This document shows positions 20,246-31,475 of a DNA stretch of 64,000 nt, piece by piece. The stretch is from Pontimonas sp. GTDB taxonomy: Bacteria > Actinomycetota > Actinomycetes > Actinomycetales > Microbacteriaceae. Each line of letters opens with the position of its first letter. Positions within the stretch are counted from its first letter, which is position 1. The translations under genes were made by a program, and so were the position numbers. The notes below the pieces were generated by a model. It ran no database searches. It saw only the letters and a program-made list of their open reading frames with translations, and was not told the origin of the DNA. Where the stretch lies: the NCBI GenBank assembly GCA_018402295.1, contig JAGYJI010000005.1:77067-141066 (forward strand), in the 5' to 3' direction.

Positions 20246-22651
20246 GTGCAGAAACTCCCGGTGCCAATTCCCCCAGTGGCCGCAGCACCCATCCCCGTCC
20301 CGTGGATTGCGGCTCTCACTCCGGTGATGTTGGCTCTCCTGATGTCCCTGATCTTCCAGCAGGTGTTGGCACTCATGATGGGTCTGATTGGTCCCGCCAT
20401 GGTGTTGGGAAGCTGGTGGGAATCCAGGCGTCAAGCTACCCGGGCCCACGCCCGTAGCCAAGAAGAGTTTGCTGTGGCCCAGGCGCAGCACGTCCGGGAA
20501 GTCTCAGATATGCGTGTGCGAGAGAAAGCGCGGGCTCTCGCACTACTTCCACCACTGATCGACGCAGCCGGTCAACCACTGTGGCGACGGTCTTCTCTTC
20601 TGGAGCACGGCTGCCGGATAGGGCTTGGCTTTGCGCAATTTCCTGAGGGCCATGGCCTCTTGGGGAGTGAGGGGATGCCCGGAATGCCCTGTGTTCTTGA
20701 CCCCACCCAGAGTGTGACCCTGGTGGGTGATGAGAGTTGTCGGGGAATCTGGCGGACTATTGCGGTGAGTTGGGTTCTCTCGGGTTCCACCACCCTCCGG
20801 GTGGACGAGCACGGTGAGCTCCCTCGGCAGGTGAGCGGGTTATCTGACGCTTCGTGGGTGGGCACCCTGGAGGACGTGCCTGAACAGTGCAGTGTCGTGA
20901 TTGTGTGTGGCGACAAGCCCACCGTTGATGTTCGAACATCAGGAGTGAACTCTTTTTCCACGATTCCCGACCGGCTCTCCAGCGCTGAGGCGCTCTGGAT
21001 ACTCCGGCGCCACCGCGCGATTGAGGAGGATGCTGGCACAGGTGTGGAGCGCGATGTGGGTTCGAGAAACCAGCTCTGGTGTTCCCTATCCCAGGCCTCA
21101 CCGACGTGGGATCTTGTGCGGGAAGGACCCCATGGGGTTATCTGGGGGGCAACGGGAAGCGGCAAGAGCGTCACGGTCACGTCCCTCGTGCGAAGCCTCG
21201 CTGAGCGTTATCCACCCGAATCCCTTGTCTGTGTCCTGATTGATTTCAAGGGTGGTGCCGGGCTTCGACCCCTTCACGATCTCCCGCACACCATTGGCTC
21301 GATTACCGACATGGAGGGTGCTGGAGCGTCACGCGCCCTGGTGGGCCTGCATTCTGAGCTTCTGCGGCGGGAGAGAATCCTGCACGAACACCAGGTGGCA
21401 GACATTTCCGAGGTGGATACGTCGGTTGCTCTGCCCCGCCTGGTGGTGGTGATTGATGAGGCCGCCTGGCTGCTGACTAACTTCCCGGAGTTTCACTCTG
21501 CGCTCTCCGATGTTCTGGCCAGGGGCCGATCCTTGGGCGTCCATGTCATCATCTCCACCCAGAGGGTGACGGGGGTCCTCTCTCAGGCGATGATGGCCAA
21601 CATTTCGCTGCGCATTTGCGGGCGCGTGGTCGATGACACTGATGCCCTGTCCTGGATTCCTGATCTGAGCCCGCAACTCCGAGCCCGGGTTAGACACCTG
21701 TCTCCTGGTGAGGTCGTGTGTGCCGGCGCATCCGCCACCCCCTCCCTCCACGAGGTCACCTCGATCCGAGGCGCCCTGCCAGGCGGTAATCCCTCGACCT
21801 GGAGAGTCTGGGCGGATCCGTTGCCAGCTGAGGTGGAGCTCACAGCCGAGAGCTGGGGCCTTGTGGATGATGTCCCAGCCCAGGCTCATCGGTCGCTGGG
21901 TCCTGCTGATGCTCCCGCAGGTTCCTGCCTGATTCTGGGGGATGCGGGGTCGGGAAAAACAACGGCGCTTGGCACTCTGGCTGCCCTTCGACCACAGTCA
22001 CGGCGAGCGCCCACGCACCCACTGCAGTTGTGGCTCTGGTGGACGCAGAGCGTCACCCACCACGACAGTGTGTTGCTTGATGATGTTGACCAGACGCTGG
22101 CTCTCGCGGGCCCCGATGGTGCTCATGTTCTGCTGGAGCTCCTGCAGAACTTCTCAGGAGGGATGCTGATGAGCGCGAAGCCCGATTCTCTTCACCAGCG
22201 CGCTCTCTCCAGAATGTGTGGCAGCAGCATCGTGTTGCCGGTGGAAAAAGCAGAGACGAGGGAGGCTCTCCACGGGCTTCACTCCTCAATCCCTGGACGC
22301 GCCAGGTATCAGGGCGAAACTATCCAGATTGCACGGGGTCCGGTGCCACCGGAAGAACCCCAGTGGGAACCGGTACTTCCCGGCCCGGGATGCTGTGTGA
22401 TTACTCGCTTCCCCGAGAGCTGGGCCGGGGCGCCCATTTCCCGGGTGCTCTCACCTGAGGAGCTCGCGAGACAGTGGCATGAGGTGGGCGAGGGAGCCGA
22501 CATCATTCTTGACCGGGTCAGCCCGCTCGATGTCCGGGGGGCAACGCTTGGTCGCATTCACCCGCCGCCACTTCCCGTTCCCGACGGGATGGTTCTGGTG
22601 TGGCGACGAGACCGGTTTGACGTAGCTGCTAGAGCCTGGTGGAAGGAGTGA
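20246..22651 (+). CDS. FtsK/SpoIIIE-family ATPase, EccC/EssC-like (two TM helices, two ATPase domains)
   Basis: GPHGVIWGATGSGKS, LIDFKGG, VVIDE, RGRSLGVHVIISTQR; second Walker A GDAGSGKT. Confidence 0.85.
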   Translation: MQKLPVPIPPVAAAPIPVPWIAALTPVMLALLMSLIFQQVLALMMGLIGPAMVLGSWWESRRQATRAHARSQEEFAVAQAQHVREVSDMRVREKARALALLPPLIDAAGQPLWRRSSLLEHGCRIGLGFAQFPEGHGLLGSEGMPGMPCVLDPTQSVTLVGDESCRGIWRTIAVSWVLSGSTTLRVDEHGELPRQVSGLSDASWVGTLEDVPEQCSVVIVCGDKPTVDVRTSGVNSFSTIPDRLSSAEALWILRRHRAIEEDAGTGVERDVGSRNQLWCSLSQASPTWDLVREGPHGVIWGATGSGKSVTVTSLVRSLAERYPPESLVCVLIDFKGGAGLRPLHDLPHTIGSITDMEGAGASRALVGLHSELLRRERILHEHQVADISEVDTSVALPRLVVVIDEAAWLLTNFPEFHSALSDVLARGRSLGVHVIISTQRVTGVLSQAMMANISLRICGRVVDDTDALSWIPDLSPQLRARVRHLSPGEVVCAGASATPSLHEVTSIRGALPGGNPSTWRVWADPLPAEVELTAESWGLVDDVPAQAHRSLGPADAPAGSCLILGDAGSGKTTALGTLAALRPQSRRAPTHPLQLWLWWTQSVTHHDSVLLDDVDQTLALAGPDGAHVLLELLQNFSGGMLMSAKPDSLHQRALSRMCGSSIVLPVEKAETREALHGLHSSIPGRARYQGETIQIARGPVPPEEPQWEPVLPGPGCCVITRFPESWAGAPISRVLSPEELARQWHEVGEGADIILDRVSPLDVRGATLGRIHPPPLPVPDGMVLVWRRDRFDVAARAWWKE

Positions 22652-23741
22652 CCGCATCGATGCCGTGCGCAACACCCACGGCTTCGTTGGTCAGAATTCC
22701 TGCGTCAGTGTTCAAACCCAACGCCAATCCCGCGTCCTCGGCAAGAGCTTTCTTCCAACCCTTGTTGGCAACCGCAGAGACATAGCGCATGGTGGCGTTG
22801 GTGAGGGCAACGGTGGAGGTTTGGGGGACAGCTCCTGGCATGTTGGCCACGCAGTAGTAGGTGCTGCCGTGAACCTCAAAGGTGGGGTCCGCGTGGGTCG
22901 TGGGCTTTGATCCCTCGAAACAGCCACCCTGGTCCACCGCGATATCCACCAGAACGCTGCCGGGCTTCATTCGAGAGACCAAGTCAAGGGAGACAAGCTT
23001 GGGGGCTTTCGCTCCGGGAATCAGCACGGAGCCAATGACTAAGTCAGCAGCCAAACAGGCGCGCTCAATTTCGAGCGAGTTGGACGCGGCGGTTTTGATG
23101 CGTCCCGCGTACAGAGCGTCCAGTTCTTTGAGTCGCTGGAGGTTGGTGTCGAGGACAGTGACCTCGGCGCCAAGACCCACGGCAACAGACACCGCGTTGG
23201 TTCCGGCGACTCCACCACCGAGAACCACGACGTTGGCAGGCCGTGTGCCAGGCACTCCCGGAACCAGAAGCCCCATTCCTCCCGCTGGCTTCAGGAGGGT
23301 CGCCGCCCCCACGATCGAGGACAAACGCCCGGCAACTTCACTCATCGGAGCGAGCAGTGGCAAACCGCCGGTGGGTCCTTGAACAGTTTCATACGCAATG
23401 GAGGTGGTCTGTGCGCTCAGCAGAGCGTGGGTGAGCTCAGGCTCCGCTGCGAGGTGCAAGAAGGTGAACAGCAGAAGGTCAGAGCGGAAGTACTGGTATT
23501 CACTCGCGATCGGTTCCTTGACTTTGACCACCATCTCTGCCTGGTTCCAGGCAGACGCAGCGTCAGCGGCAATGGTTGCTCCCTCGGCGGCGTAGTCGTC
23601 ATCGGTGATTCCCGAACCAACACCCGCACCCGACTCGACGGTGACCTGGTGACCGTGGGTGACGAGATCTCTGACACCCGCCGGGGTCATTGCAACCCGG
23701 AATTCGTTGTTCTTGATTTCGCGGATTACCGAAATCTTCAT
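22629..23741 (-). CDS. ald: Alanine dehydrogenase
   Basis: EIKNNEFRVA, KVKEP, PLLAPMSEVAGR, DQGGC and VANMPGAVP motifs. Confidence 0.96.
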   Translation of the reverse strand: MKISVIREIKNNEFRVAMTPAGVRDLVTHGHQVTVESGAGVGSGITDDDYAAEGATIAADAASAWNQAEMVVKVKEPIASEYQYFRSDLLLFTFLHLAAEPELTHALLSAQTTSIAYETVQGPTGGLPLLAPMSEVAGRLSSIVGAATLLKPAGGMGLLVPGVPGTRPANVVVLGGGVAGTNAVSVAVGLGAEVTVLDTNLQRLKELDALYAGRIKTAASNSLEIERACLAADLVIGSVLIPGAKAPKLVSLDLVSRMKPGSVLVDIAVDQGGCFEGSKPTTHADPTFEVHGSTYYCVANMPGAVPQTSTVALTNATMRYVSAVANKGWKKALAEDAGLALGLNTDAGILTNEAVGVAHGIDAVTPSTRL

Positions 23742-23833
23742 GCGATTTCACCTCAAATTGTGGGATTGTGTGGTCGATTCACGCCCTCGTGAGTCAACCG
23801 GTCAGAATTCCATAGAATCCTGCACCTCTGAGA

Positions 23834-24806
23834 CTATAGCCGGACTTCCAGAGCCCCAATAATGGCCTTCCCGCCACTCACCGGGTGGGCCATTCGCGCC
23901 GAGAGTGTGGCGGCATCTGCTGGAAGAAATTGCCCCCACCATTTCTAGTGCGGCGAGGGCAACGAGGGAGGTTGCTCGCATGGAACCATCCAGGATTTTG
24001 ATGGCCACCGCCACACCTGAGGGTGTCCCGATCACCACGAGGCCCTCCGCGCCTATTTTTGCGATGCCGCCGAGAGTCTCAATAGTGACCGTGTTATCTC
24101 GTCCCTCACCATCGATAGCCCAAGCGTTATCGCGCACCGCATGCAGGAGTTGTTGCTCGTGTTCGCTTTTCCCCGCGGCGACCCTCGCGATACCGCGCGC
24201 GAGACCCCGAAGACTGAGTGCGTGCAGGGGAGCTCCACACCCGTCGCGGGAGGTGAAGGTGGGGGCTTCACCGGTGTAGCCGGTGATGGTCTCCACGATG
24301 GCTTGCTGCAGGGGATGGTCAAAGGCGAGGTAGTCCTCGGTGGCGAAGCCAGCGTGCGTGCAGGCAGCGAGGAACCCAGCGTGCTTGCCCGAGCAATTCA
24401 TGGCCAGAGCGCTCGCCTCGTGCCCCTCAGCGAGGTACTGGGCTCGCTCGGTGTTACCCAAGGGCCAGTCCTTCGGGCACTGGAGCGCCGATTCGTCGAG
24501 TCCGTACTCCTCGAGGAGGGCTCGAATGGCGTCTCGATGGTGAGCGGACCCGCAGTGGCTCGCGGTGGTGAGGGTCAGGTTGAGAGGTGACAGCTCGATC
24601 CCTGTGTCCAGGACCGCCAGCGCCTGCAGAGGTTTCAGAGTGGAGCGGGGGTAGACAATGGCGTCGGGGTTTCCGCGCTCCAGGAGTGTGGAGCCGTGCT
24701 GGTCCACCACGGCGAGCACTCCGTGGTGGAAAGACTCCGTAAATCCGTCACGCACTAACTCGGCGACCACCACAGCGTCGCTGGCTTCCAGCCAGTGGGC
24801 AGTCAT
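23834..24806 (-). CDS. L-asparaginase II family (Rhizobium etli-type) protein; indel near 23925, corrected stop at 23834
   Basis: RSTLKPLQA, ASHCG, NCSGKHAG, DGCGAP and AKIGAEG motifs. Confidence 0.85.
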
Positions 24807-24810
24807 CGTG

Positions 24811-26148
24811 TTAGAGCGAGGAGAGCGCGTCATCCATCACGGTGACAGCTTCGTGGAGCTGTTCATCCGTGATGACCACGGGAGGCAGGAAACGCAAGAC
24901 GTTTCCAAACGTTCCCGCGGTGAGAATCAGAACACCGGCGTGCAGGGCATGAGTTTGGACGGCCTTGGCTGCCTCTGGGGCAGGCTTACCGGTGGCGGGG
25001 TCCATGAACTCGATGGCGAGCATGGCTCCCACTCCTCGGACATCCGCAATCACCGGGTGCTTTTTCTGCAGATCCAGGAGAGCCGGCTTCAGTGTTTTCT
25101 CTACCCGCTTTGCCTCGTTCAGGAGACCGCGCTTTTCCACTTCAGAGAACACGGCAACCACAGCCGCTGACGAGACCGGGTTTCCACCAAACGTTCCGCC
25201 CAATCCACCGGGGTGTGAGGCATCCATGATCTCGGCGCGTCCGGTCACAGCGGCAATCGGCATACCGCCACCAATACCTTTGGCGCTGGTGACCAGGTCT
25301 GGCTCAATACCGAAGTGCTCACTGGCGAAGTAGGCACCGGTGCGGGCCATTCCGCTTTGAACCTCATCGGAGACATACACAATGCCATTCGCGTGACACC
25401 AGTCCACGAGTGCCTGCAGGTACCCTTCGGCAGGAACGATGAAGCCGCCCTCACCCTGGATGGGTTCCACCACGAGGCAGGCAATTTGGGTTGCCCCCAC
25501 GCGCTTCTCGAGGAAGGTAATGGTCCGCTCGGCGGCTTCCGCTCCGGAGAGACCGTCGTGGAAGGGTGAGGAGTTGGGTGCGTGGTGCACAGATCCGGCC
25601 AGTGGCCCAAAGCCGGTGCCGTAGGGGTGCATGTTGTAGTTCATGGCCGAGGTCAGGTTGGTCCGACCGTGATACCCGTGGTGCAGGACCGCAACCTCGG
25701 TTCGACCGGTGTGCTTGCGGGCAATTTTGACCGCGTTCTCCACCGCTTCCGCACCGGAGTTCACCAGCACGGACTTCTTGGCAAAGTTTCCGGGTGTGTG
25801 TTTCGCGAGCAGCTCACACACCGCGATGTAGGGCTCATAGCCCGCAACAGCGAACAGCGTGTGGGTCACCTTGGAGGCCTGGTCCGCAACAGCGGCCACC
25901 ACGGCATCGTTGGTGTGACCGACGGTCATCACGCCGATGCCTCCGGTGAAGTCAATAAAGCGGTTGCCATCGACGTCTTCGATGATCGCGTCGTGGGCGT
26001 GTGCCGCATAGATGGGGAAAGTGGCCGCAACACCTGCGGACACGGTCTTCACGCGCCGCTCGTGAAGCTCTCTGGAGCGGGGACCGGGAATCTCGGTGAC
26101 GATGCGAGCAGAGGTGCTCGCGGGGGCCTGCGAAAGCGTGTCTGTCAT
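24811..26148 (-). CDS. gabT: 4-aminobutyrate--2-oxoglutarate transaminase
   Basis: DVDGNRFIDF, NSGAEAVENAVKIAR, EPIQGEGG, DEVQSG and SAKG motifs. Confidence 0.9.
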   Translation of the reverse strand: MTDTLSQAPASTSARIVTEIPGPRSRELHERRVKTVSAGVAATFPIYAAHAHDAIIEDVDGNRFIDFTGGIGVMTVGHTNDAVVAAVADQASKVTHTLFAVAGYEPYIAVCELLAKHTPGNFAKKSVLVNSGAEAVENAVKIARKHTGRTEVAVLHHGYHGRTNLTSAMNYNMHPYGTGFGPLAGSVHHAPNSSPFHDGLSGAEAAERTITFLEKRVGATQIACLVVEPIQGEGGFIVPAEGYLQALVDWCHANGIVYVSDEVQSGMARTGAYFASEHFGIEPDLVTSAKGIGGGMPIAAVTGRAEIMDASHPGGLGGTFGGNPVSSAAVVAVFSEVEKRGLLNEAKRVEKTLKPALLDLQKKHPVIADVRGVGAMLAIEFMDPATGKPAPEAAKAVQTHALHAGVLILTAGTFGNVLRFLPPVVITDEQLHEAVTVMDDALSSL

Positions 26149-26210
26149 AGCCCCTCAGTGTAGACCTGCAACCTTGTAAAACATGGGTGCCTGACGCCTA
26201 GAGTGGTGGC

Positions 26211-26684
26211 ATGAAGCGCCACACCTTCGAGCTGGAGACAATCTGGGTGGGTAACCAGGGGACTGGCACCAGTGACTATCGCGCCTACTCGCGCGCGCAC
26301 ATTATTCGTGCGGAAGGAAAACACGAGATTCAGGGCTCCTCCGATAAGGCGTTTCACGGTGATGTCACTCGCTGGAACCCTGAGGAGCTCCTGATCGCCG
26401 CCCTGTCGCAGTGCCACATGCTGAGTTTTCTGCACGTAGCCCAGGCGGCCGGTGTCATCGTGGAACTGTATGAGGATCAGGCATCAGGTGTGTTGGAGAC
26501 CAGACCGGATGGTTCCGGTCAGATCACCGAGGTCACCCTTCGGCCCACGGTGGAGATTTCGGGGGGCGATGCAACTGCAGTGCCCGACCTGCACCATCGA
26601 GCCTCACAGTTGTGCTTCATCGCGAACTCGGTGAACTTTCTTGTTCACCACGAACCCCTCACCCGGGTGCGCTCCTCAGATTGA
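26211..26684 (+). CDS. OsmC/Ohr family protein
   Basis: WNPEELLIAALSQCHML and CFIANSV two-Cys motifs. Confidence 0.88.
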   Translation: MKRHTFELETIWVGNQGTGTSDYRAYSRAHIIRAEGKHEIQGSSDKAFHGDVTRWNPEELLIAALSQCHMLSFLHVAQAAGVIVELYEDQASGVLETRPDGSGQITEVTLRPTVEISGGDATAVPDLHHRASQLCFIANSVNFLVHHEPLTRVRSSD

Positions 26685-26744
26685 TTGCATAGGGCAGACC
26701 TGTCAGGATGGCGGAGTTGTTCTGACCTCATCGAAAGGCTTCTG

Positions 26745-27738
26745 GTGAAGCGATCTCTTTCCGTTGCCCTTAGCCTGTCTAGCCTTCTCGTGATTGCTGG
26801 TTGTGCCGCCGACACCACCGAGGAGAGCGTTGAGCAAGCGCTTGCCGTCGCGGAGGGTTGCACCCCCAGTGGCGCAGAGGTCGAAGCAGTCTCCGTGTCG
26901 GGTGAATTTGGCGCCGCACCCGAGGTCACGTTTGAGGCCCCACTCTCTGCAGTATTGACGCAGCGCTTCGTCGTCATTGAGGGCGAGGGCGTCGAAGTTC
27001 AAGATGGCGACATCTTGTCCATCGACTATTCGCTCTATAACGCGGCGACCGGTGACCTCATTGAAGAATCCGGCTACACCGAAGTTTCTCCCACCGTCTT
27101 GACCCTCGACACTGAGGCTCCCAACTTTGTGGGAGTGTCCCTGACCGCTGCGTGCTCGACCGTGGGGTCGAGGGTTGTGGGACTGATTCCACCACTCGAA
27201 GCATTTGGAGCCGATGGCGCACCTGAGTTTGGTTTGGGCGCCGGAGAGTCCCTGCTGTTCATCGTCGATGTGATTGAGATCAAGGCTCCACCTGAGCCCC
27301 CATTGGAGCGCATCGAGGGTGAGCCAGCCGATCCTCCTGCAGGTTTCCCCGAGGTGACCTATGACGCTGATGGCGCCCCGACGGTCACCATTCCCGAGGG
27401 AGACGTTCCCACCGAGTTTGCTCTGAGCACCGTCATTGAAGGCGCTGGAGCCGAGGTGGGCGGTGGTGACGTTGTCGTCGTTCACTACCACGGTGTGAAT
27501 TGGAACACCGGCGAGGTGTTTGACTCAAGCTGGGAGCGAGGCGCTCCCGCCAGCTTCCCCACCGGAGGAGTGATAGCTGGGATTCCGCGATGGCCTGGTC
27601 GGTCAAACTGTGGGCTCGCGCGTGATCATCGTCATCCCACCGGAGTTGGGCTATGGACCCTCTGGCGGAACGCCTGATGGTTCCATTGGGGCGACCGACA
27701 CGATCGTGTTTGTCGTCGACATTCTCGGGCTTCAGTAA
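26745..27738 (+). CDS. FKBP-type peptidyl-prolyl isomerase lipoprotein, two domains (extra G near 27580)
   Basis: IAGC lipobox; VHYHG, FDSSW; corrected frame continues GFRDGLVGQTVGSRVIIVIPPELGYG. Confidence 0.88.
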
Positions 27739-28670
27739 GAGCCGGATTTTTCCAGTCGCTCGATGCGCTCCTGGGCGCGCTTGCGACTGGTGGACTCTGT
27801 TCCGAGCGTGCGGCTAATGACGGTCAACATCACGCGGGTCAGGAACGAGGCTGGCCACCACGGTCTTTTGAGCCCCAACATCGCCCGATATTCCGGATCT
27901 ATCGTGACGATAGCTCCCGCGATCAAGATTGCATAGGGAAGTCGCGCCAGGCGAGGCAGCGGTGGTTTGGTCAGAAACGTGAGGGCTTCGCGGACCCGAT
28001 CATCTGCTCTGAGGACGGGGCGAAAATCTTCGATCATCTGCTCGAGCTCCGCCACGGAGGTGGGCGGATTGGTCATTCCCATCAGGCGACCAGCCTCAGC
28101 CCATTCCCGGACGTAGCGATCCTCACCCGATTCGCCCTCACGCTCGATGGGGATCTCATCGCCCCACTCGCGGTGGGCTCGGAGGAAGGCGTCGGTGAAC
28201 ACGACGTGCACCCAGGCGATGAGATCTTCGTCATGGGCGGAGTACTGTTTGGTCTCCTCGGGTGGATTACCCGGCTGGTAGTCACCCTTGACTCGAGTGT
28301 GCAATCTGGACACTCGGGAGGTTTCGTTGCTGACGGTGTCCTTTGCGCCAAAGGTTGTGGTGACCACCCAGCGCACAGTCCCCGAGAGGCGCCCGATCGG
28401 GTCACTGGCGTAGCGGGAGTGGTCGTGAACCCCGGCCATCGCACCCGGGTGAAGGGTTTGCATCAGTAGTGCTCGAACACCGGCGACGATCACGGGTATT
28501 CCTCCGTTGACGTGCCAGACCGCAGATCCAGGACCGAAGTAGCCTGTGTCAGAGCCCTCACTCATGACGGTGACCCAGTCGGGTTCCCCGTCTGGGTCAC
28601 CGGAGAGCATTGTCAGAATCTGACCTCGAGCCTTCATGCGCAGGCGAGTGAGGGGGTTTCTGGAGGGCAC
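27732..28670 (-). CDS. MpaB/rubber-oxygenase-like (DUF2236) protein
   Basis: GYFGPGSAVWHV, RALLMQTLHP, AGVHDHS, RLH and WVH motifs. Confidence 0.8.
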   Translation of the reverse strand: MPSRNPLTRLRMKARGQILTMLSGDPDGEPDWVTVMSEGSDTGYFGPGSAVWHVNGGIPVIVAGVRALLMQTLHPGAMAGVHDHSRYASDPIGRLSGTVRWVVTTTFGAKDTVSNETSRVSRLHTRVKGDYQPGNPPEETKQYSAHDEDLIAWVHVVFTDAFLRAHREWGDEIPIEREGESGEDRYVREWAEAGRLMGMTNPPTSVAELEQMIEDFRPVLRADDRVREALTFLTKPPLPRLARLPYAILIAGAIVTIDPEYRAMLGLKRPWWPASFLTRVMLTVISRTLGTESTSRKRAQERIERLEKSGSY

Positions 28671-28709
28671 GAGTACTACCGTGTCAGAGGGTCGCTGATA
28701 GTAGGTGCA

Positions 28710-28725
28710 ATACCCTAGGGGGTAT
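28710..28725. promoter_or_regulatory. CsoR/CstR-family operator abutting the TATACT -10 element (28725-28730)
   Basis: Inverted repeat ATACCC-TAGG-GGGTAT with C/G tracts typical of the family; regulator gene in the same operon. Confidence 0.8.
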
Positions 28726-28736
28726 ATACTGTGGGC

Positions 28737-30400
28737 ATGACTTCAGCCACGTCCCTTCCTCACACAGTCGTCATTATCGGAGGAGTTGCCGGCGGTATGT
28801 CCGCGGCAACCCGACTTCGTCGGATCCACGAGAGTGCCGAAATTATTGTCATTGAGCGCGGTGGCGCGGTGTCATTTGCTAACTGTGGTCTCCCGTATCA
28901 CGTGGGAGGAGTCATCCCACACCGCGGATCACTGGTTCTGCAACAACCAGAGCAGCTCAAGAAACGCTTCAACATCGATGTCCACCTGCGCACCGAAGCC
29001 ACCGCCATCAACCGTGACGCGAAGACGGTGTCGGTGACGAATCGTGAGACGGGTGAGTCTCGCGATATCGCCTATGACGCGCTTGTCTTGAGCCCCGGCT
29101 CCACGCCGTTTAGGCCTCCCATCCCCGGTGTGGAGGACGCACACGTGCTGTGGAACCTCGACGACATGGATCGTCTGATGGCGGCTGCAGAGACCGCGAA
29201 GAGTGCCATCGTGGTGGGCGGTGGTTTCATCGGGTTGGAGCTGGCTGAGAACCTCGTCCACCGCGGCATCACCACAACACTGGTCGAGGCTCTGCCCCAG
29301 TTGATGCCCACCCTCGATGTGGAGATGGCCTGGCCTCTCGTGGAGCGCGCGCGATTCCGTGGCCTTGATGTTCGCCTCCAAGCACAGGTCCAGGCGATTA
29401 CCGATGCCGGAGTAACCCTTGCCGATGGCTCCACCATCGACGCCGACATGACCGTCGTCGCCGTCGGAGCACGCCCCAACATCGAGCTCGCTGTTGAGGC
29501 GGGACTCGAGATGGGTGAGGCCGGTGGCGTGGTGGTCGATGACCAGCAACGCACCTCGGACCCCCACATTTGGGCCGTCGGCGACGTGGCGCAAAAGAAA
29601 CGCCCCGATGGCTTCAGCCTTGTCCCCTGGCGGGGCTCGCCAACCGGCACGGCCGTTTGGCTGCTGACTCCATTGCCGGCAGGCCAGCGAAAGCGGTCAC
29701 GGCGTTTGGAACCTCGATTGTGGGCTTCTTTGGCATGGCCGCTGCGTCCACCGGATACACCGAGCGGGTCTTGGCTGCCAAAGGCCGCGCGATGCGGATT
29801 ATTCACACCCACCCCATCAACCACGCCGGCTACTACCCCGATGCCGTCCAGATGGCACTGAAGCTGATTGTGGATCCGGAGACCGACCTGATTCTTGGAG
29901 CCCAAGCGCTCGGGGAAGAGGGCGTCGATAAGCGCATTGACGTCATTGCCACGGCCATGGCCGCGGGCCTGACGGCGACCGATCTGATGGACCTCGAACT
30001 CTCCTACGCTCCCCAGTTTGCCTCCGCGAAAGACCCGGTCAACATGCTGGGCTATGTCAACGAGAACCGTGCCACGGGCGAGAATGCCGTGCAGTGGCAC
30101 GAGGTGGAGACCCTGATTTCCGAGGGGTGGCGTCTGGTCGATGTTCGCACCGAGGGTGAATACACCAGAGGCGCGATTCCCGGTTCTGAGTTGATTACAC
30201 TGGATGAGCTTCGTGACCATGTGGAGGACTTCCGCGGGCACAAGGTCATCGTGTCGTGTCGTGTGGGACAGCGCGGTCACACCGCCGCCAGTATCTTGGC
30301 CCAACACGGTATTGAGGTGGCAAACCTTGATGGTGGATACCTCACCTGGCAGATGGGGATGGCTGCGACCACCCAACCCGAGCTTGTTGGCGCACCCTAG
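28737..30400 (+). CDS. CoA-disulfide/persulfide reductase with C-terminal rhodanese domain (C missing near 29625)
   Basis: GGVAGG, SFANCGLPY redox Cys, GGGFIG, YAPQF; rhodanese DVR..E and CRVGQRG. Confidence 0.9.
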
Positions 30401-30421
30401 GGCACTCACGAAGGAGAAATC

Positions 30422-30697
30422 ATGGCAGAGGCAACATCCACAGATATGAAACCGGTCATCAACCGGCTACGTCGCGCTCAGGGGCAACTCGGTGCGGTGA
30501 TTTCCATGGTGGAGCAGGGCAAAGATTGTCGCTCCGTCGTCACCCAACTCTCCGCGGTCTCCAGCGCGCTGGACAAAGCGGGGTTCGCCATCATCGCCAC
30601 CGCGATGAAGGAGTGTGTTGCGGAGGACGGCAAGCCCGCCAAAGATGGCGATTTGAGCGTGGATGACCTGGAAAAGCTTTTTTTGAGCTTGTCCTAG
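30422..30697 (+). CDS. CsoR/RcnR-family repressor, CstR-like (two Cys, no His ligand)
   Basis: NRLRRAQGQL, DCRSVVTQLSAV and AMKEC motifs. Confidence 0.88.
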   Translation: MAEATSTDMKPVINRLRRAQGQLGAVISMVEQGKDCRSVVTQLSAVSSALDKAGFAIIATAMKECVAEDGKPAKDGDLSVDDLEKLFLSLS

Positions 30698-30735
30698 CCA
30701 GCAACCCCACATCCCCTGACTTGTAGGCTTATCCC

Positions 30736-31475
30736 ATGCCTACCCGCGTTGCAGTTGTCGGTGCTACCGGGCGCCTGGGAACCCAGGTCTGCCAGGTCAT
30801 CGAGTCCATGCCGGACATGGAGCTCGTCGCCAGCCTCGACTCACACTCCGACCTCCACGACATGTTGGGCGCTGATCTCTGCGTGGATGTGACCCTGCCG
30901 GGTGTGTCCAGCCAGGTGGTTGAGTTTGCCATCGCCCAGGGCATCAAAGTCTTGGTGGGAACCAGCGGTTGGTCAGCGGACCGTCTTGCCGCCCTGGAGA
31001 AAACGCTAGCTGCGACCCCCGCAGCGAGCGTCTACATCGTCCCCAATTTTTCCCTCGGTGCAACCCTCCAGATGATGATCTCGAAGACAGTGGCGGAGCA
31101 CTGGGAGTCGATTGAGATCGTGGAAACCCATCACGCGGGCAAAGCAGATTCACCCTCCGGGCACTGCTGTTCGCACGGCCGAAGAAATCGCCGCGGTCCG
31201 GCGTGACCGTGGCGGGGTCATTGCCCCGCACTCCAACCAGAGCGCCCGCGGAGAGCAGGTGCAGGGAATTCCTGTTCACTCGTCTGCGACTCACGGGAGT
31301 GCTCGCGAAGCAGGACGTGGTGTTTGGTGGGGTGGGGGAGACCCTCACCATCACCCACGACACTCATTCTCGTGACGCCTATCAGGCAGGAATCATCATG
31401 GCGCTGCGCTTCATGGACTCTCACACCGGTCTCGCCGTGGGACTCGAGCACGCGTTGCGTCCCGCCGCCTCATGA
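30736..31475 (+). CDS. dapB: 4-hydroxy-tetrahydrodipicolinate reductase (indels near 31160 and 31283)
   Basis: GATGRLG, VGTSG, PNFSLG, ETHHAGKADSPSG and TLTITHD motifs. Confidence 0.92.
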
